NCBI GenBank assembly: GCA_036443505.1
Contig: JAZFYK010000094.1
Coordinates: forward strand, 14,027 to 38,026
Origin: Gammaproteobacteria bacterium
Lineage (GTDB): Bacteria; Pseudomonadota; Gammaproteobacteria; Steroidobacterales; Rariloculaceae
Direction: 5' to 3'
Length of the DNA: 24,000 nucleotides
Below, piece by piece: positions 1 to 8,173 of this stretch. Made by a program: the position numbers and the translations under genes. The stretch's first letter is position 1; each line of letters begins with the position of its first letter. Under the pieces are notes generated by a model. The model was not told where the DNA came from. It did not search any database and saw nothing but the letters and a program-made list of their open reading frames with translations.

Positions 1-825
1 GGCAACCAGTAAGGGCTCCTCATCGGTCGGCGGCTCTTTAGCCAGCACATCGATTCCCGCTCCGGCTATCGTGCCACTCTTCAGTGCCTCTACCAACGCC
101 GCGCTGTCGATCAGCGCACCGCGTGCCGTATTGATCAGCAACGCATCGGACTTCATTGCGGCCAACTCACGCTTGCCGATCAAATGGCGATTAGATTCGG
201 TCAGCGGGCAGTGCAAACTTAGGACGTCCGCCCGTTCGAGGAGTGACTCGAACGGGATACGGGGCTCGGCGTACGTGCCGCCGTTGCCCCTCGGGCGTGC
301 AGAGAGCAGTACCTCCATCCCGAATGCGCGGCCTGCATCGGCTACGCCCCTTCCGAGGGCGCCATAGCCGACGATTCCAAGCGCCTTCCCTGTGAGTTCG
401 CGGATCGGGTAATCGAAAAGGGCGAACGTGTTGCTGCGCTGCCAGGCGCCGGCATTGACGATGGCCTGATAACCGTTGAGCTGGCGTGTCAGCGCCAGGA
501 CCAAGGCGAACACATGTTGGACGACAGCCGGTGTGCAGTAGTCGCGTATGTTCGCGACCGCTACACCGCGCTCTTGCGCCGTCGCGACATCGACGTTATC
601 GCTACCGGTTGCGGCCAGGACGATGAGCTTCAGATTCGGATTCGCGGTCAGCGTCTCGGCGTCGATTCGCGCCTTGTTGACGATTCCGATCTCCGCATCC
701 TGTAGCCGAACCGGGATCGCGTCCGGGTCGGAGTATTCGTAGTACTCGACTTCAACGAGCGCGTCCAGCGACGCGGTGTCGACTCCGGGGCCGAGCGTCC
801 CGTAGTCCAGGAACGCTGCTTTCAT
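1..825 (-). CDS. D-isomer-specific 2-hydroxyacid dehydrogenase (glycerate/hydroxypyruvate reductase-like). The C-terminus is cut by the window edge.
   Basis: Absent from the ORF track because it runs off the left edge. The reverse complement from the ATG (cat at 823-825) reads MKAAFLDYGTLGPGVDTASLDALVEVEYYEYSDPDAIPVRLQDAEIGIVNKARID..., and further on ...LFDYPIRELTGKALGIVGYGALGRGVADAGRAFGMEVLLS. GxGxxG is the Rossmann NAD-binding motif typical of this family. The frame stays open to position 1. Confidence 0.85.
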   Translation of the reverse strand, partial: MKAAFLDYGTLGPGVDTASLDALVEVEYYEYSDPDAIPVRLQDAEIGIVNKARIDAETLTANPNLKLIVLAATGSDNVDVATAQERGVAVANIRDYCTPAVVQHVFALVLALTRQLNGYQAIVNAGAWQRSNTFALFDYPIRELTGKALGIVGYGALGRGVADAGRAFGMEVLLSARPRGNGGTYAEPRIPFESLLERADVLSLHCPLTESNRHLIGKRELAAMKSDALLINTARGALIDSAALVEALKSGTIAGAGIDVLAKEPPTDEEPLLVA

Positions 826-863
826 TCGTTTCTTCACGGCGCAACACCTTACACTATGATCCC

Positions 864-1361
864 ATGGCGAAGCCTTCCAACAGCCGCCGACCGGATTCGG
901 ATACTCCGTTCTGGGAGCGCAAGACTCTCCAGGAGATGACCCGCGCCGAATGGGAATCGCTCTGCGACGGCTGCGGCCGCTGCTGCCTGCACAAACTCGA
1001 GGACGAGGACACCGGGCGGATACATTACACCGACGTCGCCTGCCGGCTGTTGGATATGACGAGCTGTCGCTGTACCAATTATCCGGAGCGACTCAGACAC
1101 GTCCCCGACTGCGCCGTGTTGAGTCCTGAGAGTCTGGAGGACCTTGCCTGGATGCCCTGGACCTGCGCCTGCCGCCGTCTGGCCGAGGGCCGCGGCCTCG
1201 CACGGTGGCACCCGCTCGTGTCCGGAACCCGGGAGAGCGTTCATCGCGCCGGTATCTCGATACGCGGCCGAGCGGTACCGGAGTCAAAAATTGGCGCCGG
1301 CGACGTCGAAGAACATGTGATTACCTGGCTACGGCTCCCGCGAGGCGGGCTGCGCAAATAG
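864..1361 (+). CDS. ycgN: YcgN-family (UPF0260) cysteine-cluster protein
   Basis: The 165-aa ORF contains PFWERKTLQEMTRAEWESLCDGCGRCCLHKLEDEDTG. This closely parallels the E. coli YcgN N-terminal signature (PFWQSKTL...AEWESLCDGCGQCCLHKL). Confidence 0.85.
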   Translation: MAKPSNSRRPDSDTPFWERKTLQEMTRAEWESLCDGCGRCCLHKLEDEDTGRIHYTDVACRLLDMTSCRCTNYPERLRHVPDCAVLSPESLEDLAWMPWTCACRRLAEGRGLARWHPLVSGTRESVHRAGISIRGRAVPESKIGAGDVEEHVITWLRLPRGGLRK

Positions 1362-1386
1362 CATCGCTAACCCGCACACGACATTC

Positions 1387-4128
1387 TTAGCCGGTATTCT
1401 GCATGCCGTGTGCGATCCCGTTGATGCTGACCATCAACGCCTGCAATACCGCGTCGTCCGACCGTCCGCCTTCGCGCCAGCGCTTCAGCAAATCCACCTG
1501 GAGCAGGCTCATCGGATCGACATAAGGGTTTCGCAAACGAATCGCTCTGCGCAACGTGTCCTGGTTCTCCAGGAGGGTCTTCTGCTCCAGCAGCTTCAGG
1601 ATAATTTCGGTACAGAGCAGATACTCGGCGCGTATCGTCGGAAAGATCTCGCTGTGAAGAGAACCCGCAAGCTCAGAGTAGCGCTCGGCGATATCGATAT
1701 CGGTCTTGCCGAGCACTGTCTCGACGTCGGCGATCAGCACCCGGAAGAATTGCCAGCGGTCGAGCATCTCTTTTAGAGCGTCCTCGCCGAACTGCTCGAT
1801 CGCGTGCTTAAGGCCCGAGCCGACTCCGAACCAGCCCGGGAGCAGCAGTCGCGTCTGCGTCCAGGCAAACACCCAGGGGATCGCTCGCACGTCCTGAATA
1901 TTCGAGCTGTCCGAGCGGGAAGCCGGCCGGGAGCCGATTCCAAGCTTTTCGATGACGTCTATCGGCGTTGCGCCGCGGAAGTACTCCCAAAACTCGGGCT
2001 TGTCGTAGATCAGGTCCTTGTATACGTCCCGGCTCGTAGACGCGAGTCCGTTCATGATCGAGCGCCAGCGAGGCTCCGAGGAATCCGGCACGGGTTCTTG
2101 TGCCGTTACCCAGAGCACGGAGCTGACCGTCTGTTCGAGAGAACGCATCGCAATCGCCCGCAGGCCGTACTTCGCGTTGATCATCTCGCCCTGCTCGGTC
2201 ATTCGCAGGCGTCCGGCGACGGCGCCGGCCGGTGACGCCATCACGGCTTCGTGGAGTCTTCCGCCCCCGCGGCTCACAGTACCGCCGCGACCATGAAAGA
2301 TCGTCAGCTTCACGTCCATGCGATGCATGGTCTCCACGAGTTCCTGTTGCGCCTGGCGCAGCGTCCAGCGAGCCGAGGCCAGACCGCCGTCCTTGTTGCT
2401 GTCCGAGTACCCCACCATGACCATCTGATGGGACTGCCGCCGCTCCAGGTGCGCGCGGTAACTGTCATCGGCGAGCAGGCCCGCCATAGTCGATGCGGCG
2501 CTTTGCAGGTCTTCGACCGTCTCGAACAACGGCACGACGTCCAGCGGCACCGCACCGCCTTTCGGCGCGAGGTCACCCCACTTGGCGAGTAGCAGAACCG
2601 ATAACACGTCGTCGGGACCGTGAGTCATGCTGACGATGTACGGGCCGATCGCCTGGGCGCCGTACTTGCGACGGCAATGCGCGATGGCTTGGAATACCGC
2701 GAGTGTGCGACGCCCCTCCGATGAGAGTCTGCCGACGGGCGACTCGCGCCGGTTTAGCGCTTCCTTCAGTCGCGCGGTACGCGCCTCGCTGGTTCGGTTG
2801 AGCCAATCTTCGTCCTGCAGACCCTCGCCCACGACTCGGCGATGAACCAACGCGTTCTGCCGAATATCGAGCGTCGCGACGTGAAAGCCGAAAGTCTCGA
2901 TTCGTCGCAGGAATCGGTAGACCGAAAACAGTCCGGCGTTCCGGCCCCGGTTCGCCCGCAGGCTGTCGGCGATCGACTCGATGTCCTGGGCGAATTCTTC
3001 GGGCGACTCATAGGGGAAGGCCGTATCGTCGTAGGTCGCCTGCAACCGTGCTGCAATCAGTCGCAGGAAAACCCGGTAGGGCATCTGCCGATGTCGAGCC
3101 GGAACCGAATGCGCCGCCTCAGGGAAGTGGCCCGCGTACAGTGCGCTGCGCGTGCCGATCTCCTCGTTGAAATCCGTTCGGCTTTCACTCTGGCTCAACT
3201 GTCTCGCAAGCGTCAAACACTCGTTGTAGTACAGATCGAGAACGAGTGATCTCTGACGCGCCAGTGACTCACGAATACTCTTCGCCGTGACATTCGGGTT
3301 ACCGTCCATGTCGCCGCCAACCCAGGAAGCGAATCGGACCAGCGTGGGCGGACGAATGCGGCTGCCGTGCTCGGGGAAGACCGTCGCGATCGCGTCCTCG
3401 AGACCTTCATAGAATGGTGGGATCATCCGGTATAAGACATCGGTCAGGAAAAACAGGACGTGCTCTGCCTCATCACCGACCCTCATTTGTGTCTCGGGGT
3501 GTTCCTCGGTCTGCCAACCCGTCGTCATCTCCATGCGGATGCGTCCCAACGCGGCTTGCTCTTCCTGGGGCGTCATGTAGGGATCGAGCATCTCGACCAT
3601 ATGTCGCGTGATGTGCTGCTGCTTTCTCAGCAACGTTCGGCGCGTCGCTTCCGTCGGATGCGCGGTGAACACCGGCTCGACCGATAGCGTACTCAAGACA
3701 CTCTCTATCGTTGGGGCATCGACGCCTGCTGCCTTAAGCTTGCATAAGGTATCGGCAAAGCCCAGAGGCTGTGGTGTCTCGGCGTCGCGCAGGTAAGCCC
3801 GGCGCCTGCGAATGCGGTGAACCTTCTCCGCCATGTTGACCATCTGAAAATACGTAGAGAACGCACGAATAAAGTCCCTGGCGGTCCGTGGCATCAGCGT
3901 GGCCAGCAGCGTCCTCAGTTCTTCCAGCGCGTGAGCGTCGCCCTCGCGATGCGCGATAGACGCCCGGCGAGCTGCCTCGACGAGATCGAAGAGTGCCTCC
4001 CCGCCCTGATCCTTGACCAGTTCGCCGACGAGTTCGCCCAGGCGATGGACGTCCTCACGCAGCGCCTTGTCTTTCTCGGCGAAGAAGATCTCGGCGCGGG
4101 GGATAGACTCTGATGCAGGAGTGGGCAT
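1387..4128 (-). CDS. ppc: Phosphoenolpyruvate carboxylase
   Basis: 913 aa. Carries the PEPC signatures VGYSDSNKDGG and FHGRGGTVSRGGG, and the invariant C-terminal ...MQNTG. Confidence 0.97.
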   Translation of the reverse strand: MPTPASESIPRAEIFFAEKDKALREDVHRLGELVGELVKDQGGEALFDLVEAARRASIAHREGDAHALEELRTLLATLMPRTARDFIRAFSTYFQMVNMAEKVHRIRRRRAYLRDAETPQPLGFADTLCKLKAAGVDAPTIESVLSTLSVEPVFTAHPTEATRRTLLRKQQHITRHMVEMLDPYMTPQEEQAALGRIRMEMTTGWQTEEHPETQMRVGDEAEHVLFFLTDVLYRMIPPFYEGLEDAIATVFPEHGSRIRPPTLVRFASWVGGDMDGNPNVTAKSIRESLARQRSLVLDLYYNECLTLARQLSQSESRTDFNEEIGTRSALYAGHFPEAAHSVPARHRQMPYRVFLRLIAARLQATYDDTAFPYESPEEFAQDIESIADSLRANRGRNAGLFSVYRFLRRIETFGFHVATLDIRQNALVHRRVVGEGLQDEDWLNRTSEARTARLKEALNRRESPVGRLSSEGRRTLAVFQAIAHCRRKYGAQAIGPYIVSMTHGPDDVLSVLLLAKWGDLAPKGGAVPLDVVPLFETVEDLQSAASTMAGLLADDSYRAHLERRQSHQMVMVGYSDSNKDGGLASARWTLRQAQQELVETMHRMDVKLTIFHGRGGTVSRGGGRLHEAVMASPAGAVAGRLRMTEQGEMINAKYGLRAIAMRSLEQTVSSVLWVTAQEPVPDSSEPRWRSIMNGLASTSRDVYKDLIYDKPEFWEYFRGATPIDVIEKLGIGSRPASRSDSSNIQDVRAIPWVFAWTQTRLLLPGWFGVGSGLKHAIEQFGEDALKEMLDRWQFFRVLIADVETVLGKTDIDIAERYSELAGSLHSEIFPTIRAEYLLCTEIILKLLEQKTLLENQDTLRRAIRLRNPYVDPMSLLQVDLLKRWREGGRSDDAVLQALMVSINGIAHGMQNTG

Positions 4129-4194
4129 GAGACGGGCACTTAGGCCGAGTCGGATTGTACCCCAGTCGGTATCTGGCTACCCGATTGCCAGGAC

Positions 4195-6033
4195 TCACCG
4201 ATAGCCGCGGGCCTGCAGTTCGAACAGCTTCGCGTACCGACCTTGCAGAGCGAGAAGCTCTGCGTGACTACCGCGCTCGACAATCTCCCCACGATCCATG
4301 ACGACGATCAGATCGGCGCGCCGCACGGTCGAGAAGCGATGCGATATGAGAATCGCAATCTTGTCTTCGGTCAGAGAACGGAAGTCCTCGAATATCTCCG
4401 CCTCGGTCTCCGAGTCCATCGACGCGGTCGGTTCATCGAGGACCAGTATTTTCGCCGCGCTGCGCATGAACGCTCGGGCAAGCGCAATCCTCTGCCACTG
4501 TCCGACGGATAGTTCCTGGCCGCTGTGAAACCATCGTCCGAGCTGAGTGTTATACCGTTGCGGAAGTCTCTCGATGAACTCAGCGGCCTGACCCATGTCG
4601 GCGGCCTCGGCCCAGCGTCTTTCATTCCACAGGTTGGTGGAATCCCCGACGCCGATGTTCTCGCCCACTTTCAATTGATAGCGAGTGAAATCCTGGAAGA
4701 TCACGCCGATGGAACTGCGCAGTGCGTCCGGATCCCATTGCGTCAGGTCCAGGCCCTGATAACTGATGCGTCCCCGATCAAGCTCGTAGAGCCCGGCCAG
4801 CAGCTTGATGAGCGTCGTCTTACCGGAGCCGTTGCGGCCGACGATCCCGACGCTCTGCCCGGGCTTTATCTCCAGGTTGATGTCTCGCACGGCTGGATGG
4901 CTGGCTCCGGGGTAGGTGAAGCTCACGCCCTCGAAGACCAACCCCGCACCGCGTTCGGGTCCCGTGAGGGCGGCGCCGTGCCGGGCCGGCGTCGGCTGTT
5001 CCAGGTACTCGTAGAGGTTGGACAGGTACAGGTTGTCTTCGTACATGCCACCGATACCACTCAACATCGAGGATACGGACGACTGCCCCTGCTTGAACAC
5101 CAGCAGATACATCGTCATCTGGCCGAGCGTAATCGCACCCTGGATCGTCGAGACAGCAATCCACGCGTACGCCCCATAGAAGGCGAGGTTTGTGAGGAGC
5201 CCCAATCCCAAGCCCCAGGCGTCGCGGCGAATCGTGAGGTCCCGCTCCTCGTCGAAGAGCAGTTTGAAGATCTCCCGGTAGCGTCTGAGTAGCTCCGGCC
5301 CGAGCTGGAACAGCTGCACTTCCTTCGCGTGATCCTCGCGCGCGAGGACCATTTCCAGATACATGAGCTTGCGCCGATCCGGAGATCGATGGCGGAAGAT
5401 CCGGAAGCGTGTGCCGGAGAAGTGGGTCTCGGCCACGAACGCCGGGATGCCCGCGAGTATCAGTATGCACACGGCCCACGGCGAAAACTGCAGCAACAAC
5501 ACCGCGTAACTCACGAGGGAGATACTGTGCTGAGCGAGCCCGAAGGTTCGGTTGACGAGACTCAGCGGCCGGCTCGAAGCCTCCTGACGCGCCCGGTTCA
5601 GCTTGTCGTAGAACTCGGAGTCTTCGAATTGTGCGAGTTCGAGTGTCAGCGCCTTCTCGAGAATCAGACTATTGATGCGCTGACTAAGGAGGACCCGCAG
5701 CAGGGTCTGGCAGAAACTGATCCCGCGCTGGATCGCCGCGATAGCGGCCACGAGCACGCCTTCCACGATCACGAAGACAAGAACCTCCCTATACGCCGGA
5801 TCGCCGCCGGATTGAGCAACCGCGATCGCGGCGACTACGGCATCGATGATCAGCTTTCCGACGTAGGCGACACCCGCAGGCAGTAGCCCGGCAGTGATCG
5901 TGAAGATGGCGAGTGCAACCGTCAGGCGCTTATGCGTGCTCCACACGAGCGCCACCGCTCGGCGGCTGTACCGATAGACGCCGAGATAGCTCTCGAATGC
6001 GCTGGAGGACGGCGGTGAATGGTTCGTAGTCAA
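4195..6033 (-). CDS. ABC exporter: fused transmembrane domain plus ATPase, MsbA/type-I exporter architecture. Substrate unknown.
   Basis: 612 aa. The hydrophobic N-terminal half has about 6 predicted helices. The C-terminal NBD carries Walker A GRNGSGKTTL, signature LSVGQWQRIALARA, Walker B ILVLDEPTASMD and H-loop ILISHR. The annotated first codon is TTG (caa at 6031-6033) with no visible Shine-Dalgarno, so the exact start is uncertain. Confidence 0.88.
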   Translation of the reverse strand: MTTNHSPPSSSAFESYLGVYRYSRRAVALVWSTHKRLTVALAIFTITAGLLPAGVAYVGKLIIDAVVAAIAVAQSGGDPAYREVLVFVIVEGVLVAAIAAIQRGISFCQTLLRVLLSQRINSLILEKALTLELAQFEDSEFYDKLNRARQEASSRPLSLVNRTFGLAQHSISLVSYAVLLLQFSPWAVCILILAGIPAFVAETHFSGTRFRIFRHRSPDRRKLMYLEMVLAREDHAKEVQLFQLGPELLRRYREIFKLLFDEERDLTIRRDAWGLGLGLLTNLAFYGAYAWIAVSTIQGAITLGQMTMYLLVFKQGQSSVSSMLSGIGGMYEDNLYLSNLYEYLEQPTPARHGAALTGPERGAGLVFEGVSFTYPGASHPAVRDINLEIKPGQSVGIVGRNGSGKTTLIKLLAGLYELDRGRISYQGLDLTQWDPDALRSSIGVIFQDFTRYQLKVGENIGVGDSTNLWNERRWAEAADMGQAAEFIERLPQRYNTQLGRWFHSGQELSVGQWQRIALARAFMRSAAKILVLDEPTASMDSETEAEIFEDFRSLTEDKIAILISHRFSTVRRADLIVVMDRGEIVERGSHAELLALQGRYAKLFELQARGYR

Positions 6034-6109
6034 GTGTGGGCGTCAGAAGTTGGCGATGGCTCCGCAGGCATGGTATTAGGGTGCTAGGCCATAATCCAAG
6101 AAGCAATCT

Positions 6110-7942
6110 GTGCCCATCCTTCCGGACTCTCACGGCATCTTTGTTCTGCTGCTCACGCCGCTGGCGCTGTATCTATTTACGCGAGACAGACTGCCCTTGG
6201 AGGCTTCCGGCCTCGTCATCATCGTGATACTCGTCCTGAGTTTTGAGCTATTCCCGTACGAGGCGAACGGCGAGCGTCTTGCGCCGACCGCTTTTCTCGC
6301 CGGCTTCGGCAACGAGGCGCTGATCACGATCTGCGCGCTCATGATCCTGGGCAAGGGGCTCGAGGCGACCGGTGCGCTGCAACCGCTCGCCTTGTCTCTG
6401 GCGAACGCCTGGACGGCCCGACCCAAGCTGGCCAGTCTCGCGACGTTGGCGATCGCGGCGATCTTAAGCGCCTTCCTCAACAACACCCCGATCGTCGTCA
6501 TGCTCCTACCGATGCTCATCGGTGTGGCGGTACGGAATAAGCTGGCTCCGTCGTCGATCCTCATGCCCGTCGGCTTCGCGACGTTGATCGGAGGCATGGC
6601 CACGACGATCGGCACTTCCACCAATCTGCTCGTCGTCGGCATCGCGGCAGACCAGGGTCTTGCGCCTTTCGGGATGTTCGATTTCACGCTGCCGGTATTG
6701 ATAGTCGGCGTTGTCGGCGTGCTGTATCTGTGGCTCGTCGCTCCGCGGCTGCTCCCCGAGCGGAAGCAACCCCTGTCGGATCGTTCGCCGCGAGTCTTCG
6801 ACGCGATGTTCCACATAAACGATGCGAGTGCGGCCTGTGGCCTGACGTTCGCCGAAGTGCTCGCGCTGACCAATAACGAGATGCGTGTGGATCGCATCGA
6901 GCGAGGCGAAGGCCTTTCCGTCACGAAGTTGCCATTGGTCAGACTCCTGGCGGGCGATCGGCTTGCCGTCAAAGATGCGCCCGAACGCCTGAAGCGGTTC
7001 GAGAGACAGCTCGGCGCCACGCTGCACAGCGCTCTCGGCGACGATGACATCACCGATGAGACGCATACCATCAAGGACCAGCAGCATCTCGCCGAGATCG
7101 TCGTGACGCGCGGGTCCCTCCTGCACCGGGCGAGCCTGACGGGCACGCGATTCGCCCAGCGCACGGGCCTGTTGCCGCTCGCACTGCACCGCGCCCACGA
7201 GCCCGACACCGAGGAGATCAGCGGCAACATTGGCGCCACAAAGCTGCGCGCTGGTGATGTGGTGCTGGTTCAGGGTACCGATACTCAGCTCGCGCAGCTC
7301 AAACGCTCGGGTACCGCGCTGGTACTGGACGGCGGCACTGACCTGCCGCGGACACACCGATCCGACCGCGCGCTGGCCATCATGGCCCTCGTCGTCCTGG
7401 CGGCCGCGACCGGCCTCCTGCCGATCTCCGTCGCCGCGGTCGTAGGCGTCGGCGCGATGCTCGCTACGCGCTGTCTGACCTGGGAGGATGCGGCCGGCTC
7501 GCTGTCATCTCAGGTGGTCATGATTATCGTCGCGAGCCTGGCGCTCGGGCTCGCGATGACCGAAACCGGCGGCGCCCTGTATATCGCGCAGGCGTTCGTG
7601 GAAGGGGCCAGGCTGCTGCCCACGCCCCTCATACTGAGCGCGCTCATGCTGGTCATGGCGATCATGACGAACGTGGTCTCCAACGCCGCCGCAGGCATCA
7701 TCGGCACGCCGATCGCGATCCAGATGGCACGGGAGCTGGGCGTGCCCGCGGAACCCTTCGTCGTAGCCGTGATCTTCGGTGTCAACATGAGCTACGCCAC
7801 ACCGTACGGGTACCAGACGAATATGCTGCTGCTGTCGGCCGGCGGCTACAAATTCTCCGACTTCATGCGCGCCGGGGTGCCGCTCGCGGCCTTGATGTGG
7901 CTCGGATTTTCGATCGTATTGCCCATCGTCTACGATCTGTGA
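6110..7942 (+). CDS. SLC13/DASS-superfamily permease with two central TrkA-C (RCK C-terminal) domains (YfbS-like)
   Basis: 610 aa, the same length class as E. coli YfbS. Hydrophobic blocks sit at both ends. The central soluble segment holds two repeats of TrkA-C type (...VDRIERGEGLSVTKLPLVRLLAGDRLAVKD... and ...AEIVVTRGSLLHRASL...KLRAGDVVLVQG). The start codon is GTG at 6110. Confidence 0.82.
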   Translation: MPILPDSHGIFVLLLTPLALYLFTRDRLPLEASGLVIIVILVLSFELFPYEANGERLAPTAFLAGFGNEALITICALMILGKGLEATGALQPLALSLANAWTARPKLASLATLAIAAILSAFLNNTPIVVMLLPMLIGVAVRNKLAPSSILMPVGFATLIGGMATTIGTSTNLLVVGIAADQGLAPFGMFDFTLPVLIVGVVGVLYLWLVAPRLLPERKQPLSDRSPRVFDAMFHINDASAACGLTFAEVLALTNNEMRVDRIERGEGLSVTKLPLVRLLAGDRLAVKDAPERLKRFERQLGATLHSALGDDDITDETHTIKDQQHLAEIVVTRGSLLHRASLTGTRFAQRTGLLPLALHRAHEPDTEEISGNIGATKLRAGDVVLVQGTDTQLAQLKRSGTALVLDGGTDLPRTHRSDRALAIMALVVLAAATGLLPISVAAVVGVGAMLATRCLTWEDAAGSLSSQVVMIIVASLALGLAMTETGGALYIAQAFVEGARLLPTPLILSALMLVMAIMTNVVSNAAAGIIGTPIAIQMARELGVPAEPFVVAVIFGVNMSYATPYGYQTNMLLLSAGGYKFSDFMRAGVPLAALMWLGFSIVLPIVYDL

Positions 7943-7963
7943 CAGGTCTTGGCCATGACGAAC

Positions 7964-7993
7964 TTGACCCCCGAGCGAGCGCGAGGACATACT
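7964..7993 (+). promoter_or_regulatory. Candidate sigma70 promoter for the trp leader/operon (TTGACC-N18-CATACT)
   Basis: TTGACC lies at 7964-7969 and CATACT at 7988-7993. The predicted TSS would fall about 1-3 nt before the leader ATG at 8002. That implies a near-leaderless leader peptide. Alternatively the real promoter lies further upstream and GAGGA at 7983-7987 acts as a distant SD. This is a pattern match only. Confidence 0.25.
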
Positions 7994-8001
7994 TTCGCCC
8001 C

Positions 8002-8082
8002 ATGGACCGATCTGCACGCAGGCATTCCCGTACGGACCGCTGGTGGCGAAGCTCCCCGGCGGAGAGGGTAGTGCGCGCCTAG
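8002..8082 (+). CDS. trpL: trp operon leader peptide (26 codons) with tandem Trp codons
   Basis: The ATG at 8002 encodes MDRSARRHSRTDRWWRSSPAERVVRA, ending at TAG 8080-8082. TGG TGG sits at 8041-8046. The peptide lies between the upstream gene stop (7942) and trpE (8174), just 5-prime of an intrinsic terminator. It corresponds to the last 26 codons of the track ORF 7897..8082. Confidence 0.55.
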   Translation: MDRSARRHSRTDRWWRSSPAERVVRA

Positions 8083-8147
8083 ACCGACGAGTCCATCTCG
8101 ATCAAGGCAAACCCATCTCCGCCCTTGCGGAGATGGGTTTTTTATTT
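8037..8147 (+). promoter_or_regulatory. Transcription attenuator with mutually exclusive 1:2, 2:3 (antiterminator) and 3:4 (terminator) helices
   Basis: Hand-paired helices:
- 1:2: CCGCTGG (8037-8043, includes the first Trp codon) pairs with CCGGCGG (8056-8062), 7 bp including one GU.
- 2:3: GGCGGAGAGGGT (8058-8069) pairs with ACCCATCTCCGCC (8111-8123), 8+4 bp with a one-nucleotide bulge at A8115.
- 3:4: the terminator, listed separately.
A direct repeat of CCATCTC (8093-8099 and 8113-8119) offers a second way to sequester arm 4. Confidence 0.5.
8109..8147 (+). terminator. Rho-independent terminator. It terminates the upstream permease gene and serves as the attenuator terminator for trpE.
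   Basis: A perfect 14-bp stem, AAACCCATCTCCGC (8109-8122) with GCGGAGATGGGTTT (8127-8140). The loop is CCTT. The stem is followed by TTTATTT, giving a T-rich tract TTTTTTATTT from 8138. Confidence 0.88.
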
Positions 8148-8173
8148 CTACAGCTTGTGAGACTTAAGCGACG

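Noticed and set aside
1362-1386. An expected bidirectional terminator in the 25-bp convergent gap between ycgN and ppc.
   Set aside because: No stem-loop or T/A tract is readable in this gap. Termination signals, if any, must lie inside the coding regions.
4129-4194. A possible ppc promoter (minus-strand TACAAT at 4159-4154, preceded by TGGGG) and a weak CTGGC...GCCAG inverted repeat downstream of the ABC gene.
   Set aside because: There is no acceptable -35 at 16-18 nt. The inverted repeat is only 5 bp with a 9-nt loop and no T tract. This is too weak to report as a feature.
6130-7357. Long minus-strand ORFs (369 aa at 6130..7239 and 283 aa at 6506..7357) antisense to the SLC13 permease gene.
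   Set aside because: Their composition is Arg/Ser/Ala/Pro-rich and low in complexity, with no recognisable motifs. They lie entirely inside a gene that has clear family features. Antisense ORFs of this kind are expected in GC-rich DNA, because stop codons are rare on the opposite strand.
7897-8001. The full 61-aa ORF 7897..8082 as a real small protein.
   Set aside because: Its first 15 codons overlap the 3-prime end of the permease gene. Only the last 26 codons (from ATG 8002), carrying the WW pair, make sense, and they do so as a leader peptide.
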